From Octopus vulgaris (Eukaryota): a stretch of DNA of 64,000 nt. Of this stretch, positions 50,172-62,748 are shown piece by piece. The notes below the pieces were generated by a model. The model was not told where the DNA came from and did not search any database. It saw only the letters and a list, made by a program, of their open reading frames with translations. Each line of letters begins with the position of its first letter. The stretch's first letter is position 1. The translations under genes were made by a program, and so were the position numbers. The stretch covers positions 20,584,001 through 20,648,000 of the forward strand of contig OX597816.1 of assembly GCA_951406725.2 (NCBI GenBank). Direction: 5' to 3'.

Positions 50172-51729
50172 GTTTAACGTCCGTTCTCCATGCTAGCATG
50201 GGTTGGACGGTTCGACCATGGATCTGGGAAGCCAGAAGGCTGCACCAGGGTCCAGTCTTATCTGGCAGTGTTTCTATTTTTTATATTTCAAACTAGACGA
50301 ATTCAGCTTCTTACACCTTCCCTACAATATTATTCTAAAAATATCCAATTGCATCATTGGAATATCGAAGTTACAAGTTAATGCAAGAATAATTCAAAAC
50401 AATTTCAATTAATAAACATTTGACAGAGTTATCTGAATGCCAAATGATTAATTTAATTTGGATCAAAATGTTATGTTAATTCAAATTCATATCTTTGAGT
50501 AATTGCTTGGTATTTTCAATAAATGTAAACCCTTAATCCTTTTGAAAGCAACTTGTTCAAAATTGCCCCCGGATTTATGAAATAAACTTCCTGTTCTAAC
50601 CCTTTATCATTTAATCTGGCCAAAAACCAGCCCAAATATTGCTTCATGTTTTACATTCAAATGATGAATTCAGCTTCTTACACCTGCCCTACAATGTTAT
50701 TCTAAAAATAGCCAATTGCATCATTGGAATATCGAAGTTACAAGATAAAGCAAGAATAATTCAAATCATTAAGGCTGGCAGAAACGTTAAAGCTGGCAGA
50801 AACGTTAGCACACCTGGTGAAATGCTTAGCGGTATTTCATCTGTCTTTATGTTCTAGTTCAAATTCCGCCGGCGTCAACTTTGCCTTTCATCTTTTCACA
50901 GTTAATAAATTAAGTACTAGTTGCGTATTGGGGTTGTTGTAATCAACTATCCTCCTCCTCAAGTTTCAGGCCTTGTTCCTATAATAGAAAGGATTATTAT
51001 TATTATTATTATTATTATTATTTTTATTATCATTATCATTGCCTTTGCACAGCTTCTAATGCTGGAGAAGTCCTACAGTGCCAGCTGTTCACTGCCAGTG
51101 AACTAAGGTAACGCCTCTTATTTTTCAAGCACCTTCCAGAGTATTCGAGTGGTTCCAAGCAGTGCTGTTTTCTGCAAGTGCTCCACCTGTATTGCTGCCC
51201 CTATTAGTTCCACGTACTTATCGAGATTTTTGCTCACTGTTCCCCGGGCTCTGACAATTATTGGAACTACTGCTACTTTTTGCATCGCCCACAACTGCTT
51301 AATTTCCCAAGCTAACCTGTCATATCTCTCGACTTTTCTTTCTTCCTTATCGCATACCTTGTTGTCACCAGAGCATTCTATATCTATGATCCAGCATAGT
51401 TTGTTTTCTTTCTCAATTAAGACTATGTCTGGCTAATGCGGCAAGCTGGCAGAAACGTTAGCATGCCAGGTGAAATGCTTAATGGTATTTCATCTGTCTT
51501 TACGTTCTGAGTTCAAATTCCATTGAGGTCAACTTTGCCTTTCATCCTTTTAGTACTGGGGTTGATCTAATCAACTGACCCCCTCCCCAAATATTTCAGG
51601 CCTTGTGCTTAGAGTAGGAAGGAATAATTTCAAAACAATTCCAATTCATAAACAGTACATTTGACAGAGTTATCTGAATACCGGAGGGTTAATTTTATTT
51701 ACATCAAAATTTTATGTTAATTCAAATTC
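49977..51729. repeat. Tandem duplication of a ~370-bp unit, each copy interrupted by different retroelements
   Basis: Unit 1 is 49977-50487; unit 2 is 50488-50764 resuming at 51622-51729; taaccctt...agggttaa ends hint at an embedded TTAA-type MITE. Confidence 0.8.
50993..51434 (-). mobile_element. 3' fragment of a further RLE family with (TAA)n tail
   Basis: PDIVLIEKENKLCWIIDI...YDRLAWEIKQLW...VVPIIVRALGTVSKNL...LQKTALLGTTRILWKVLEK*. Confidence 0.85.
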
Positions 51730-51842
51730 CAAACACTCTCTCACTAATGACTAAGTTATTTTACTAAAATTTTCCTTATTTCCAAAATTAACGGAAAAAA
51801 CGCCTGTTTCAACTAAATCACAGTAACAAAGGGATTTATATA

Positions 51843-52260
51843 TAGGTGCAGGAGTGGCTGTGTGGTAAGTAGCTTGCTTACCAACCATATAGTCCCGGGT
51901 TCAGTCCCACTGCATGGCACCTTGGGCAAGTGTCTTCTACTATAGCCTCAAGCCAACCAAAGCCTTGTGAGTGGATTTGGTAGCCGGAAACTGAAAGAAG
52001 CCTGTCGTATATATGTATATAAAATGTATGTGTGTGTATATGTTTGTGTGTCTGTGTTTGTCCCCCAACATCACTTGACAACCGATGTTGGTGTGTTTAC
52101 ATCCCCATAACTTAGTGATTGCGCTAAAGAGACTGATAGAATATGTACTAGGCTTACAAAGAATAAGTCCTGAGGTCGATCTGCTCAACTAAAGGCAGTG
52201 CACCAGCATGGTCACAGTCAAATGACTGAAAGAAGTAAAAGAAAAAACAAGAGTAAAGAG
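51843..52260 (+). mobile_element. SINE family A, full length
   Basis: Matches 7363-7772. Confidence 0.85.
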
Positions 52261-52829
52261 TAATAAATAAATTATGATGTCTGTCTATCACTCTTTCTAT
52301 CAGTGTGTATATTTCTGCACCTTTGTGTTTGTGTGTGTATTTGCCACCAGTTCCAAACTGTATATTGTTACCAAGACAGGCTGAATATTCAGCTGGCCAT
52401 GTTCACTCATCAACATCCATATAGTTGTACCAAATTGTCTAATGTTAGCCTATCTAAACTGAAGAACAGAGATAGGCGAAATCTATCCGTAAATTTCCCC
52501 TTTGGCCTTGTGCTTATGCCATGAGATGTTTTGAGTGTTCAATGGAAACCTGATGTATGTAACATCAAAGCAATTTTAATGTTCCTTTTACACTGAACAA
52601 GTTTCAGCTCCATGAATTCAGAACACAGATTTACTTTAAAGAAATTCGGTGAATGTAAGCTTAGGGTTGACTTTATTCGGTTGATCCAGAAGGATTAAAG
52701 ATAAAATGCCAGTCACAAATTTGAGTTCAGGAACCCTTTTCCTAACTGTGCAGCCTTAGAAATCCTTATTATATTGGAGTTTCATTCATGCATGGACAAC
52801 GATTTCACATGGGAATCGTTTAATATACG

Positions 52830-53222
52830 CTCTTTACTCTCTTTTACTATTTTACTTGTTTCAGTCATTTGACTGCGGCCATGCTGGAGCACTGCCTTTA
52901 GTTGAGCAAATCGACCCCAGAACTTATTGTTTGTAAGCTTAGTACTTATTCTATCAGTCACTTTTGCCGAACTGCTAAGTTACAGGGATGTAAACACACA
53001 AGCGATGTTGGATGGGACAAACACAGACACACAAACATACACACACAAACACACACACACACATATATATATACATATATACAACAGGCTTCTTTCAGTT
53101 TCTGTCTTCCAAATCCACTCACAAGGCTTTCGTTGGCCCATGGCTATAGTAGAAGACACTTGCCCAAGGTACCATGCAGTGAGACTGAATCCGGAACCAT
53201 GTGGTTGGTAAGCAAGCTACTT
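52830..53222 (-). mobile_element. SINE family A, head displaced to about 53408-53430 by an insert
   Basis: Reverse complement of family A; accacacagccactc resumes at about 53408. Confidence 0.8.
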
Positions 53223-53724
53223 TATTTCATCAAATTTGTCCTGAAGACAGTACACAGATTATGTAGCTTTGCAGGTTGGACAAGACATTAACGAAATGAA
53301 TGATAATGATACAAGGATGATAAGGATGGGAGAAGACAGAAAGCGCCCACCGACCCTCTGTTTTTCTAAACATTGATCTTTAGCAACACATTACACGAGG
53401 CAATGAACCACACAGCCACTCTGGTGCCTATATAAATATGAATACTTAAAATGAGACCTTTTTATCACAGGATCAGAAGTATTCTTGGGTCGTTTGGTAT
53501 AAAATAAAGTAAAAGCATGATTAAGAAACAAAATGCTTAAATCATAATCGTGCTTTTTTAATGTTACATATTATTTAGCATGAAATATGCTGGACAAACT
53601 ATGTGGTCACTTCCACTAAGAGAATTAAGAGCCAAATCTCCCTTAAATCACATTTTATAGCTTTATCAGAGACACAAGTAAAACAACGCCCCCCCCTGCA
53701 ATAGATGGTGCTGAGTTGTTAAAC

Positions 53725-54047
53725 ATTTAAACCAAATTTTCTCGAAACAACTTGTCCGACCCTCCCATAGGCCTCCCCTTTGAGAAACACTGATTTGACC
53801 TAAATTTGAGACACCAGCAAAAGAAGATATAAAGATAGACTTTTTTTCTATTCCAAAGAAAAACGATTTTATTCACTTTATCGATTGCAATCTCACCTGG
53901 AATCGATTTTTGTAATTTTTTCAAGACTTATACATGCCCTGATACCATCAGTATCTACATATCAAATTTGCGTGCAATCGCATGGAGGATGCCCGAGATC
54001 CTAGAAGACACACACACACACACACAGAACGTATTTTATATAATAGA
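53725..54047 (-). mobile_element. Helitron-like 5' fragment
   Basis: Minus strand begins A|TCTATTATATAAAA then (TG)n, like the other Helitron 5' ends; 3' end not found. Confidence 0.4.
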
Positions 54048-54268
54048 TGTTGGATAATGTAGTCTTTGATAAAGTGTTTGAAATATAATGGAATGATCAC
54101 AAATGGAACACCTTTGACTACCTGTTTGCTTGATCGAGGCTGACCAAGAGTGAGAAACTGTGGGTTATTCTAATGATACTAATGTGTAACTCTCTACATT
54201 TGTAATCTAGACTCTTCCTCTCACCGCCTCTCTTCAAGAAGCAGATACTTTGTACCATTTTGTACCAA

Positions 54269-54503
54269 AGGCGGTGAGCTGGCAGAAACGTTAGCACGCC
54301 GGGTGAAATGCTTAGCGGTATTTCATCTATCACTACATTCTGAGTTCAAATTCCGCTGAGGTCGACTTTGCCTTTCATCCTTTCGAGGTCAATAAATTAA
54401 GTACCAGTTACGCACTGAGATCGATGTAATCGACTTAATCTGTTTGCCTGTCCTTGTTTGTCCCCTCTGTGTGTAGCCCCTTGTGGGCAATAAAGAGATA
54501 AGA
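54269..54503 (+). mobile_element. SINE family B, well-preserved monomer
   Basis: ggcggtgagctggcagaaacgttagcacgccggg...GTTCAAATTCC...gcctttcatcctttcgaggtcaataaattaagtaccag...ccttgtgggcaataaaga; ttgtacca on both flanks may be a TSD. Confidence 0.85.
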
Positions 54504-54558
54504 TATCTTGTACCATCACTTATCATCTAAACCCATCTCAGAAGGAATGAAATAGAAT

Positions 54559-54595
<37 letters not shown>

Positions 54596-55240
54596 GGAGG
54601 AGAGAAGGAAGGAGTGAAAGAGAGGGCATGAGACAGAGAGAAAGAGAGATGGAGAGTGATGGAAAAAAGAGAGAAATGTTAAAGTGGCATCAATGCATAT
54701 CAGTTGTTCAGAGTTTTCAACAAAGAATCTTTTACTTGGTTACTTGTTTACTCAGCTTGCAAGAAATAGCAGTCAAATACCCTTGAGATTTGAACACGAA
54801 TATCTAATTGCTGTTGTTTATACTTACAAACTCCGAAACATGTAGCTTTGGCATGAGTTAGTTTCTGATCTTTTGAAAATGCAATCCACCATTGTAAAAT
54901 TCTCTTTGATATATCTCTGTTGTAGTATTTGTCTTTTTTTAAGCAGTCTCACATCAAACATTTATAAGGAAATCCTCAAAGCATTTTCGTGAATATCAAA
55001 CATTTGAGAAAAACATCAATAAGTACATGTGAAGAGGTGTGATCTCTATGAAATGGTGAGAATGCTTACAATGAATCTAAGAAAACTAGCTACAAATATC
55101 TACCATTTGGTTAATTTGAATAAAGATTTTAAATAGAGAGATTTGATTAGTAATTGTATTATCAAGAACTGTGAACATTCAATTGGCAAATTTCAAAAAA
55201 AATTACCAAACAAAATTAAAAAAGAAAAGATTACCAAACA

Positions 55241-55615
55241 TAGGCCTAGGAGAGGCTGTGTGGTAAGTAGCTTGCTTACCAACCAAATGGTTCCAGGTTC
55301 AGTCCCACTGCATGGCACCTTGGGCAAGTGTTTTCTGCAAAGCCTTGTGAGTGGATTTGGTTGACAGAAATGGAAAGAAGCCCATTGTATATCTGTATAT
55401 ATATGTGTATGCATGTGTATGTTCGTGTGTCTGTGTTTGTTCCCCCAACATCGCTTGGCAACCGATGCTGGTGTGTTTACGTCCCCATAACTTAGCGGAT
55501 CAGCAAAAGAGACTGATAGAATAAGTACTAGGCTTACAAAGAGTAAGTCCTGGGGGCGATTTCCTCGACTAAAGGTGGTGCTCCAGCATGGTCACAGTCA
55601 AATGACTGGAACAAG
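55241..55615 (+). mobile_element. SINE family A
   Basis: Matches family A with a small internal deletion. Confidence 0.8.
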
Positions 55616-56035
55616 TGTTTGACCGTAACCAGTTCCCCATGTCCCTTAATGGCTGATGATATGTGCATCTCTGATCACGAGCAGAAGTAGTAGGGGAGTA
55701 TCATAGCCATGTGTTGAGAAGGATTCTTTGAGGTTTGAATAATTCACCTCTGGAAACATGGGTGGTTCGTTCAACATCCTTAAGCAACCCTTATTCATTG
55801 ATCTTTTGAGCAGGATGGGTTACTCGACCAGAAGAAAATTCTAACTGGGTCCCACCTGCAAGGTCATGCGCTGTTTATCTTGATATGAGATCACCATGTC
55901 GCGCACTCATGGTTGTGATGCATGTGCCTAGTGTACCCTTATCAGACAGGTAGTCATGATAGGTATACTGGGCTTCGTATATTTGTACCCCAGTGTCACT
56001 TTGATAGCATGCACTGCTCTCTCACTCAATAATAA
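55616..56035 (+). mobile_element. Unclassified (AAT)n-tailed repeat, second copy
   Basis: Colinear with 40786-41147 and extends ~50 bp further 5'. Confidence 0.65.
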
Positions 56036-56595
56036 TAATGATGATAATAATAATTGAATATTCAAATATAAATGTAAACATATACTTTTTATTGTAAAAA
56101 CACACCTGTTCTTCTAACTGGACATACAAACATCTCTAGAAAAGTCAACTTCAACCTCCACAATATTACCTTACAGGAAATATACAAACACTTTTTATTG
56201 CAATAACACAAACGCACGTGGAAAAAAAAATGATGATGCTACGATTCTCTCTGATCAAACACAACTTCTCTATTCACAAACAATACAGAACCGCCCTTCC
56301 TTAATTTTTCTTAAGCCTAATAGTAGTAAACATCTGAACTTTTTTTGACCATAGGACCGCACCTAAAAAAAAAAAAAAAAAAAAAAAAAGACAGAAAGCC
56401 CGCCAACGAGACAGACAGACACTACTGTGATGGTGATAATGATAAAAAAACAAAAATAACAATAATAAGATACTGCTGTGACTACACATAAAACAATATC
56501 ATTGATGATGATGGTGGTGATGATGATAATGATGATGGTAATGGTGGTGATAATGATGATAGTGATGGTAATGGTGATGATAATAACAATAATAA

Positions 56596-59500
56596 GCCGA
56601 CTACGGCTGCTATAATGGTACGATTATAATTGTAACGGCAATGATGGCCGTCTCCCCACGAGCCAATCATAGCTAAAAACAATGATAACATTATCGTAGC
56701 ACCAAAATGTTTTTGGAAACTAAAAGGAAAACTAAATCAGTATACCAAATCGCTTGTCCTATGGTTAATCTGGAAGCACGTCCCCCAGGGAAGAGCCAGC
56801 CTGGGATCGAAAAGTCATCAACTGGCACAAACTCTTCTCCGAATACGGACATGGATGGTCACTTGAACGGGAAATCCCCCAACTCGAGCCCTCCAAGTTC
56901 ACCACCACAACCACCACAGAAAGAAAAATGTAAGCGGAACAAATGGACCCGAGAAGAGTATAAAGAAGTAATATACGCTTATTAATATGCATTAGGTAGG
57001 CCATCTCAAGAGAGACACACCGCAAACTCTTACAGTATATGGAGAACACGGAATCAAGACAGTAGGCCCTATTTGGACGAGAACAAATTAGCAAATGTGA
57101 GGAGGGATATCTTTAGAAATAACACTCACAGACAGTGAAATAAGCGCGATCAAGCACGCAACGGAAAATGACATAAATATAAGACACAAAGGAAATGAAG
57201 AATCAGATGAACAGTATAGCCCGCCACAAGGCTTAATTGAAAGACTGCCATCTGACCAAAGTACGCAAAGGCCTGAAGATACAAGAAATTCTATTGTACC
57301 TGTTAAAGATAGCCAGGAAAACGAAAAAACAACAGTAACTGAAGATCTCGCATTTGCTGAAGAACACAGAGAGTCTATAGCAGAAATGAGGCAGAAAATC
57401 CTGAATACACTTGAAGTTGTAAGACATACAAGTATGAATGATAGAGAACCGCTTCATAAACTCTCAAATACAAACCAAAATAAAAAACAAATCCAAATTG
57501 GCAACTATGTAACAAATGAAATAATACGAGAATTAAAACCTGATTTTACTGAGTTAAATGAAATTATTTACGCTTTTGCTAGGGCAATTGAAACCAGCTG
57601 TATGCCCCCGAAAAAACAAAGAAAACAAAACCTGGGAAGAAATCAAACCTGGAGAAGTAAAATTGAAAAAGAGATTGAATTTATGAGAGGGGAAATATCA
57701 ATATTAAATGAACTAATATGTGGAAATGATGTAAGATCCAGAACAGGAAGAAAGATGAAGAGAAAATTTGGATCCTCACCAAGAGAAGAACTGATATCAA
57801 TAAAAGAAACGCTGAAACAAAAAGTCCAAGCAAAAGCCCAAAGAATACGAAGATTTGAGAAGAGAAACAAGTTTTACAAGCAAAATAAGCTGTTCACATC
57901 CAATGCCAAAAAATTCTACAGAGAAATAGGGAAGGAGAAAGTAACCGTTAAAGACCCCCCTCCCATGGAAGAAGTTCAAAACTTTTGGAAAAGGATTTGG
58001 AGTGACAAGAAGACGTACAACATAAATGCAGACTGGATTATACAAACTGAAGGATCCTACCAAAATTTACAACAACAGCATGGGAAGACATCACAATAGC
58101 AGACTTAAGAAAGGCACTCACGAAGGCCCATAATTGGAAATCCCCCGGTAAAGATAGGGTGCCGAATTTCTGGCTCGCATCGCTCCCATGCGCACACGGT
58201 AAGCTAGTTCAGCTGCTCAATGGAATTATGAGAGACCCAAAGAAAACACCTGAATGGTTAGCAAGTGGCATTATTTACCTACTCCCAAAGAATAACGAAA
58301 CCAACCTTCCAAAAAACTATCGGCCTATAACCTGTCTATCCACCACGTATAAAATCCTAACATCTATCCTGGCGGAGAAAACATATGCATTCATGGAGAA
58401 GAACGATATTTTCCCCATTGAACAAAAAGGGTGCCGCCGAGGCTCTTACGGATGCAAAGATCAACTGCTAATCAATCGTATGATCCTTGAGAACTGTCAC
58501 AACAAGCGCAGAAATCTCAGCAACGCATGGATTGACTATAAAAAGGCCTTCGACAGTATACCGCATCCATGGATCTTGAGATCGCTGGACATCTTCAAAA
58601 TTTCCCCTGTGATTTCAAACTTCCTGAAGCACAATATGTTGTTGTGGAATACGAATCTCCAATTATACCACTCTAATGGAGTACTTGCATCAGAAAATAT
58701 AAACATCAACTGTGGAATTTTTCAAGGTGACTCACTTTCACCTTTAATATTCTGCATAGCCCTAATACCCCTTACAAGTGAATTAAACAGAACAAGGTAT
58801 GGGTATAAAATTGCCAATAAAAAAATAAGCCATCTATTTTATATGGATGACTTAAAACTTTATGGTAAAGACAATAATGAACTTGAAGGCCTATTGCGCA
58901 CCGTGAAATCATTCAGCGATGACATCGGGATGGAGTTTGGACTTGAGAAGTGTGCCAAGGCCACTTTCCAGAAAGGGAAAGTGAAGACCACAAATTCAGT
59001 TGTGTTAGATGTTGACACAGTCATAAGAGAGCTTGAGCAAGAACAAACATACAAATATTTAGGGATAAATGAAGGCTCTGGTATTCAGCATGCAAGCATG
59101 AAAGAGAAAATCAGGAAGGAATGTTATAGGAGAGTTCGTGCAGTCCTGAAATCTGAACTAAATGCACGTAACAAGGTGTTAGCTATAAATTCCTAGCAGT
59201 TCCAGTTGTTACTTATAGCTACAATGTGTTGAACTGGAATATGAGTGAAGTAAAGAATATAGATAGAAAAATACGCAAGCTGCTGAGTTGTAATAGGATG
59301 CACCACCCAAAGGCAGACGTAGATCGCCTTTACCTTCCCAGAGCCCAAGGAGGTCGAGGCCTGATCCAATTTGAACTAGCTTACAAAACAACCACAATTG
59401 GACTGGCCAAATATCTCGAAATATCGAATGACTGGATGCTAAAGCTTGTGGAAAATCACGAGAGACGAAAGAAGCTTCATTCTATCATAAAGGAAAGCAA

Positions 59501-60563
59501 AAAATTTGCTATTGATCTCGTGCAGGATACCCAAACTGAACAACCTGAGGGAAGTACGGCAACTATTGTTGCAAAGAAGGTGAAAATGATGGCAATGAAA
59601 AAAGCGCACGAGCAATTGGCTGATAGGTGGGAGGAGAAACCTCTGCACGGCAAATATGTGACCCGCAGCAAACAAGCTGATGTTGACCAGAAGCAAACCC
59701 ATCAGTGGCTGCGGAGCTCAGGGCTAAAAGCAGAGAGCGAAGGTTTCATCCTGGCTGCTCAAGACCAAAGCCTATCAACCCGGAACTACCAGGCCAATGT
59801 GATGAAAAATGGAGCAGACCCAAAATGCAGATTCTGCAACGACATGATTGAAACAGTGGACCACCTAATCTCTGGATGTAAAGTCTTAGCACCAGTGGAG
59901 TATAAATTAAGACATGACAGAGTTGGCCAATATCTCCACTGGCTAATAAGTCGGCATTACAATATCAAAACTGCCGACAAGTGGTATAATCACCACCCTG
60001 AGGCTGTAACTGAAGGAGAAAATGTAACCATTCTGTGGGACTTTCCAGTACATACAGACCGAACCATCAAGGCCAATAAACCAGATATTGTTGTGAAAGA
60101 CCAAAACAATAAAGTTTGCTTATTGATCGACATGAGCATCCCCTGTGATCATAATATCTCAGCGAAAGAGTTTGACAAGCTCAGAAAATATAAAGACCTA
60201 CTCATTGAAATTGAGAAAATGTGGTATCTCAAGGCGGTTACAATACCAGTGATCGTAGGAGCACTAGGAATGATCAAGAAGGGAACCGAAAATTATATGA
60301 GAATGATCCCTGGCTTACCATCCCTGCAAGAAGTGCAAAAGATTGTCTTAACTGGTACATCACACGTATTGAGAAGAGCATTGTCGATGTGAGAACTGTT
60401 GCTGCTCATGTATTTTAATTTAACTTAAAAAAAAAAAAAAAATGAACGAACTACTGAGTTTGGTTTAATGGCCTACCAATGTATACTATGAGTTTCTTTG
60501 CCCTAGGAGTTGGGAAGACACTCGGCAAGAAATGGAAGCAAATTTGAAAGAAGAAAAAAAAAA

Positions 60564-60564
<1 letters not shown>
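56596..60564 (+). mobile_element. Full-length RLE non-LTR retrotransposon, R4/Dong type, copy 2
   Basis: Near-identical to 41531-45503; degenerate (TAA/TGA)n upstream and a pure (TAA)n tail at 60565-60617. Confidence 0.93.
56707..60392 (+). pseudogene. RT-CCHC-RLE ORF with a stop at 56983 and frameshifts at ~57123, ~58077, ~59192
   Basis: Same motifs as copy 1; lesions at different positions. Confidence 0.93.
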
Positions 60565-60616
<52 letters not shown>

Positions 60617-60617
<1 letters not shown>

Positions 60618-60976
60618 GAAATTGAAAAATGTGGCATCTCACGGCGACTACAGTACCAGTGATTGTAGGATCTCCAGGAATGATAAAAAAAGGTACTGAA
60701 ACCTATTTGAAAATGATACCAGGCTTACCATCCCAACAAGAAGTGCAAAAAATCATGTTAACTGGAATGGCTCATGTACTGAGAAGAGCATTAACGCTGT
60801 GAAAACAACATCCATTCATGAATTTATTCATTTATTTATTTATTAATTTTTAAATGCATATTTTACCTGTGAATTTGTGTGTGTAATCTGGGAATGCATA
60901 CAATGCCCTTCTCTGCCCTAGGTGTACGGAAAACACTCGGCCAGAAACGGAAGAAAATTTGAAGAAAGAAGGAAAT

Positions 60977-61017
<41 letters not shown>

Positions 61018-61020
61018 AAT
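60617..61020 (+). mobile_element. 3' fragment of the sister R4/Dong family directly behind copy 2
   Basis: MWHLTATTVPVIVGSPGMIKKGTETYLKMIPGLPSQQEVQKIMLTGMAHVLRRALTL*, with its own 3' UTR and (TAA)n. Confidence 0.85.
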
Positions 61021-62290
61021 GATGATGATGATGATGATGATTTAAATCTTTGGCACAAATCCAAGTTTGGAGAAAAGGGATAAGTTAATTACATCAACCT
61101 CAGTGCTCAACTGCTATTTATTTTATCGACCCCCCAAAGGATGAAAAGCAAAGTTGACCTCAGTTAGATTTGAACTCTAGATGTAAATACCCAGAAGAAA
61201 TGCTGCTAAGCATGTTGCAAGACATGCTAATGAATCTGCAAGCTTGAGGTCTTTGCCATCTCCCCCACATTTACCAGCTCACCGCCTTCATAATTAAATA
61301 CCACATGAGAATTTTTGCAAAGATCTAACAACTCCATGAATACAGATACAGATACAGACATTCTGCCAATCCACCAGAAAGGCTATAAGACATATTTATA
61401 AAATCTAATGGGGTTAGGAAATGAATCCCGGATTTCATCGAATGGATATACAGTTATTATAAGCATGAATTATGTGTTCAAGTTAAATAATTTCCGAAAA
61501 TCTCCCGGTTATTAAGAATATATCTCCAAGAAAGAAACATAGCAGATTATATGAACATGCAATATAAATGGATTATATAACACGAGAGTCGTCGTAGGTG
61601 AACAAGGTCTTCGGATAAAGTTGGAATATTAGATTTTGGACTATAAGTGCTTGCAGATTTAATTTATGGCAATATTATTTTTATAGGGAACATATTGTCC
61701 AATGCTAGAGAGATTGAGATTTGAATCGCCCATCAACGAATCTAGCATTAATGCAGAAGCTATTTTAGCTATATCGGGTCTTGTTGTTCCGCGTATGACA
61801 CATGAGAAGTCATAACTGTAGGCATATTTATATGTACTTTGAGTGAATTAAGACACTACCGTTCCATATTAATGTGAGGAAAGACATTACATAAAAACAT
61901 GTATATACGTGTACATTCATATAAATAGCTTCATGCATGTATGGTCTCTTTAAAGAAGCTTACTTGGCAACTCTGGGATTTCGGTTAAATTCCACCATGG
62001 GACATTTTGGTTATGTGTTTTTTTAATTTTATTTTAGGCTCAGATAAATTAATGCCTTGTGACTAAATCTGATAGATTAGAGGCTGCCAAATAATAATTA
62101 TAGATAGAGACAGAGAACATGAAATAGATTTCAATACAGAGAGGGAGAGAGAGAGAGAGTGAAAGACAGATGGATGGAGAATTAGTTAGAGAGATAGATA
62201 CACACACACATATATAATACATAAATAAGCACATAAACAACCATAATATATATACACAAATGTATATATATATAACCATATTTGTATGTG

Positions 62291-62322
<32 letters not shown>

Positions 62323-62446
62323 CAAACACACACACGCACATACACACAAACATAATATTCTATATATAAGTTAGTCACAGCCTGGTTCATCATCATCATC
62401 ATCATCGTTTAACGTCCGTTCTCCATGCTAGCATGGGTTGGACGGT

Positions 62447-62493
<47 letters not shown>

Positions 62494-62551
62494 TACAGAG
62501 ATACTCACATAGCAAGTGATTTGATCTGAGATCATGTGCTGGAACGAAAAC

Positions 62552-62748
62552 AATTGCAGTGTGGAAGGTGTTTGTAAGCCATTTAAGAAACACACAAAAG
62601 CCGTTCGATTCATGGATTTTTGTCAGTGAACAGGTGGCGGATTTTAGCGAGGAAAATATTTTGACAAATTAAACTTAAATGTTGAAGTGAATCGAACGGC
62701 TTTTGTGTGTTTCTTAAATGGCTTACAAACACCTTCCACACTGCAATT
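62552..62748. repeat. Perfect 61-bp inverted repeat with 75-bp spacer
   Basis: 62552-62612 is the exact reverse complement of 62688-62748. Confidence 0.9.

Noticed and set aside
40786-60617. 15-kb segmental duplication explaining the two R4/Dong copies
   Set aside because: Similarity stops at the element termini; the immediate flanks are unrelated, and the upstream shared repeat is visibly more diverged than the elements.
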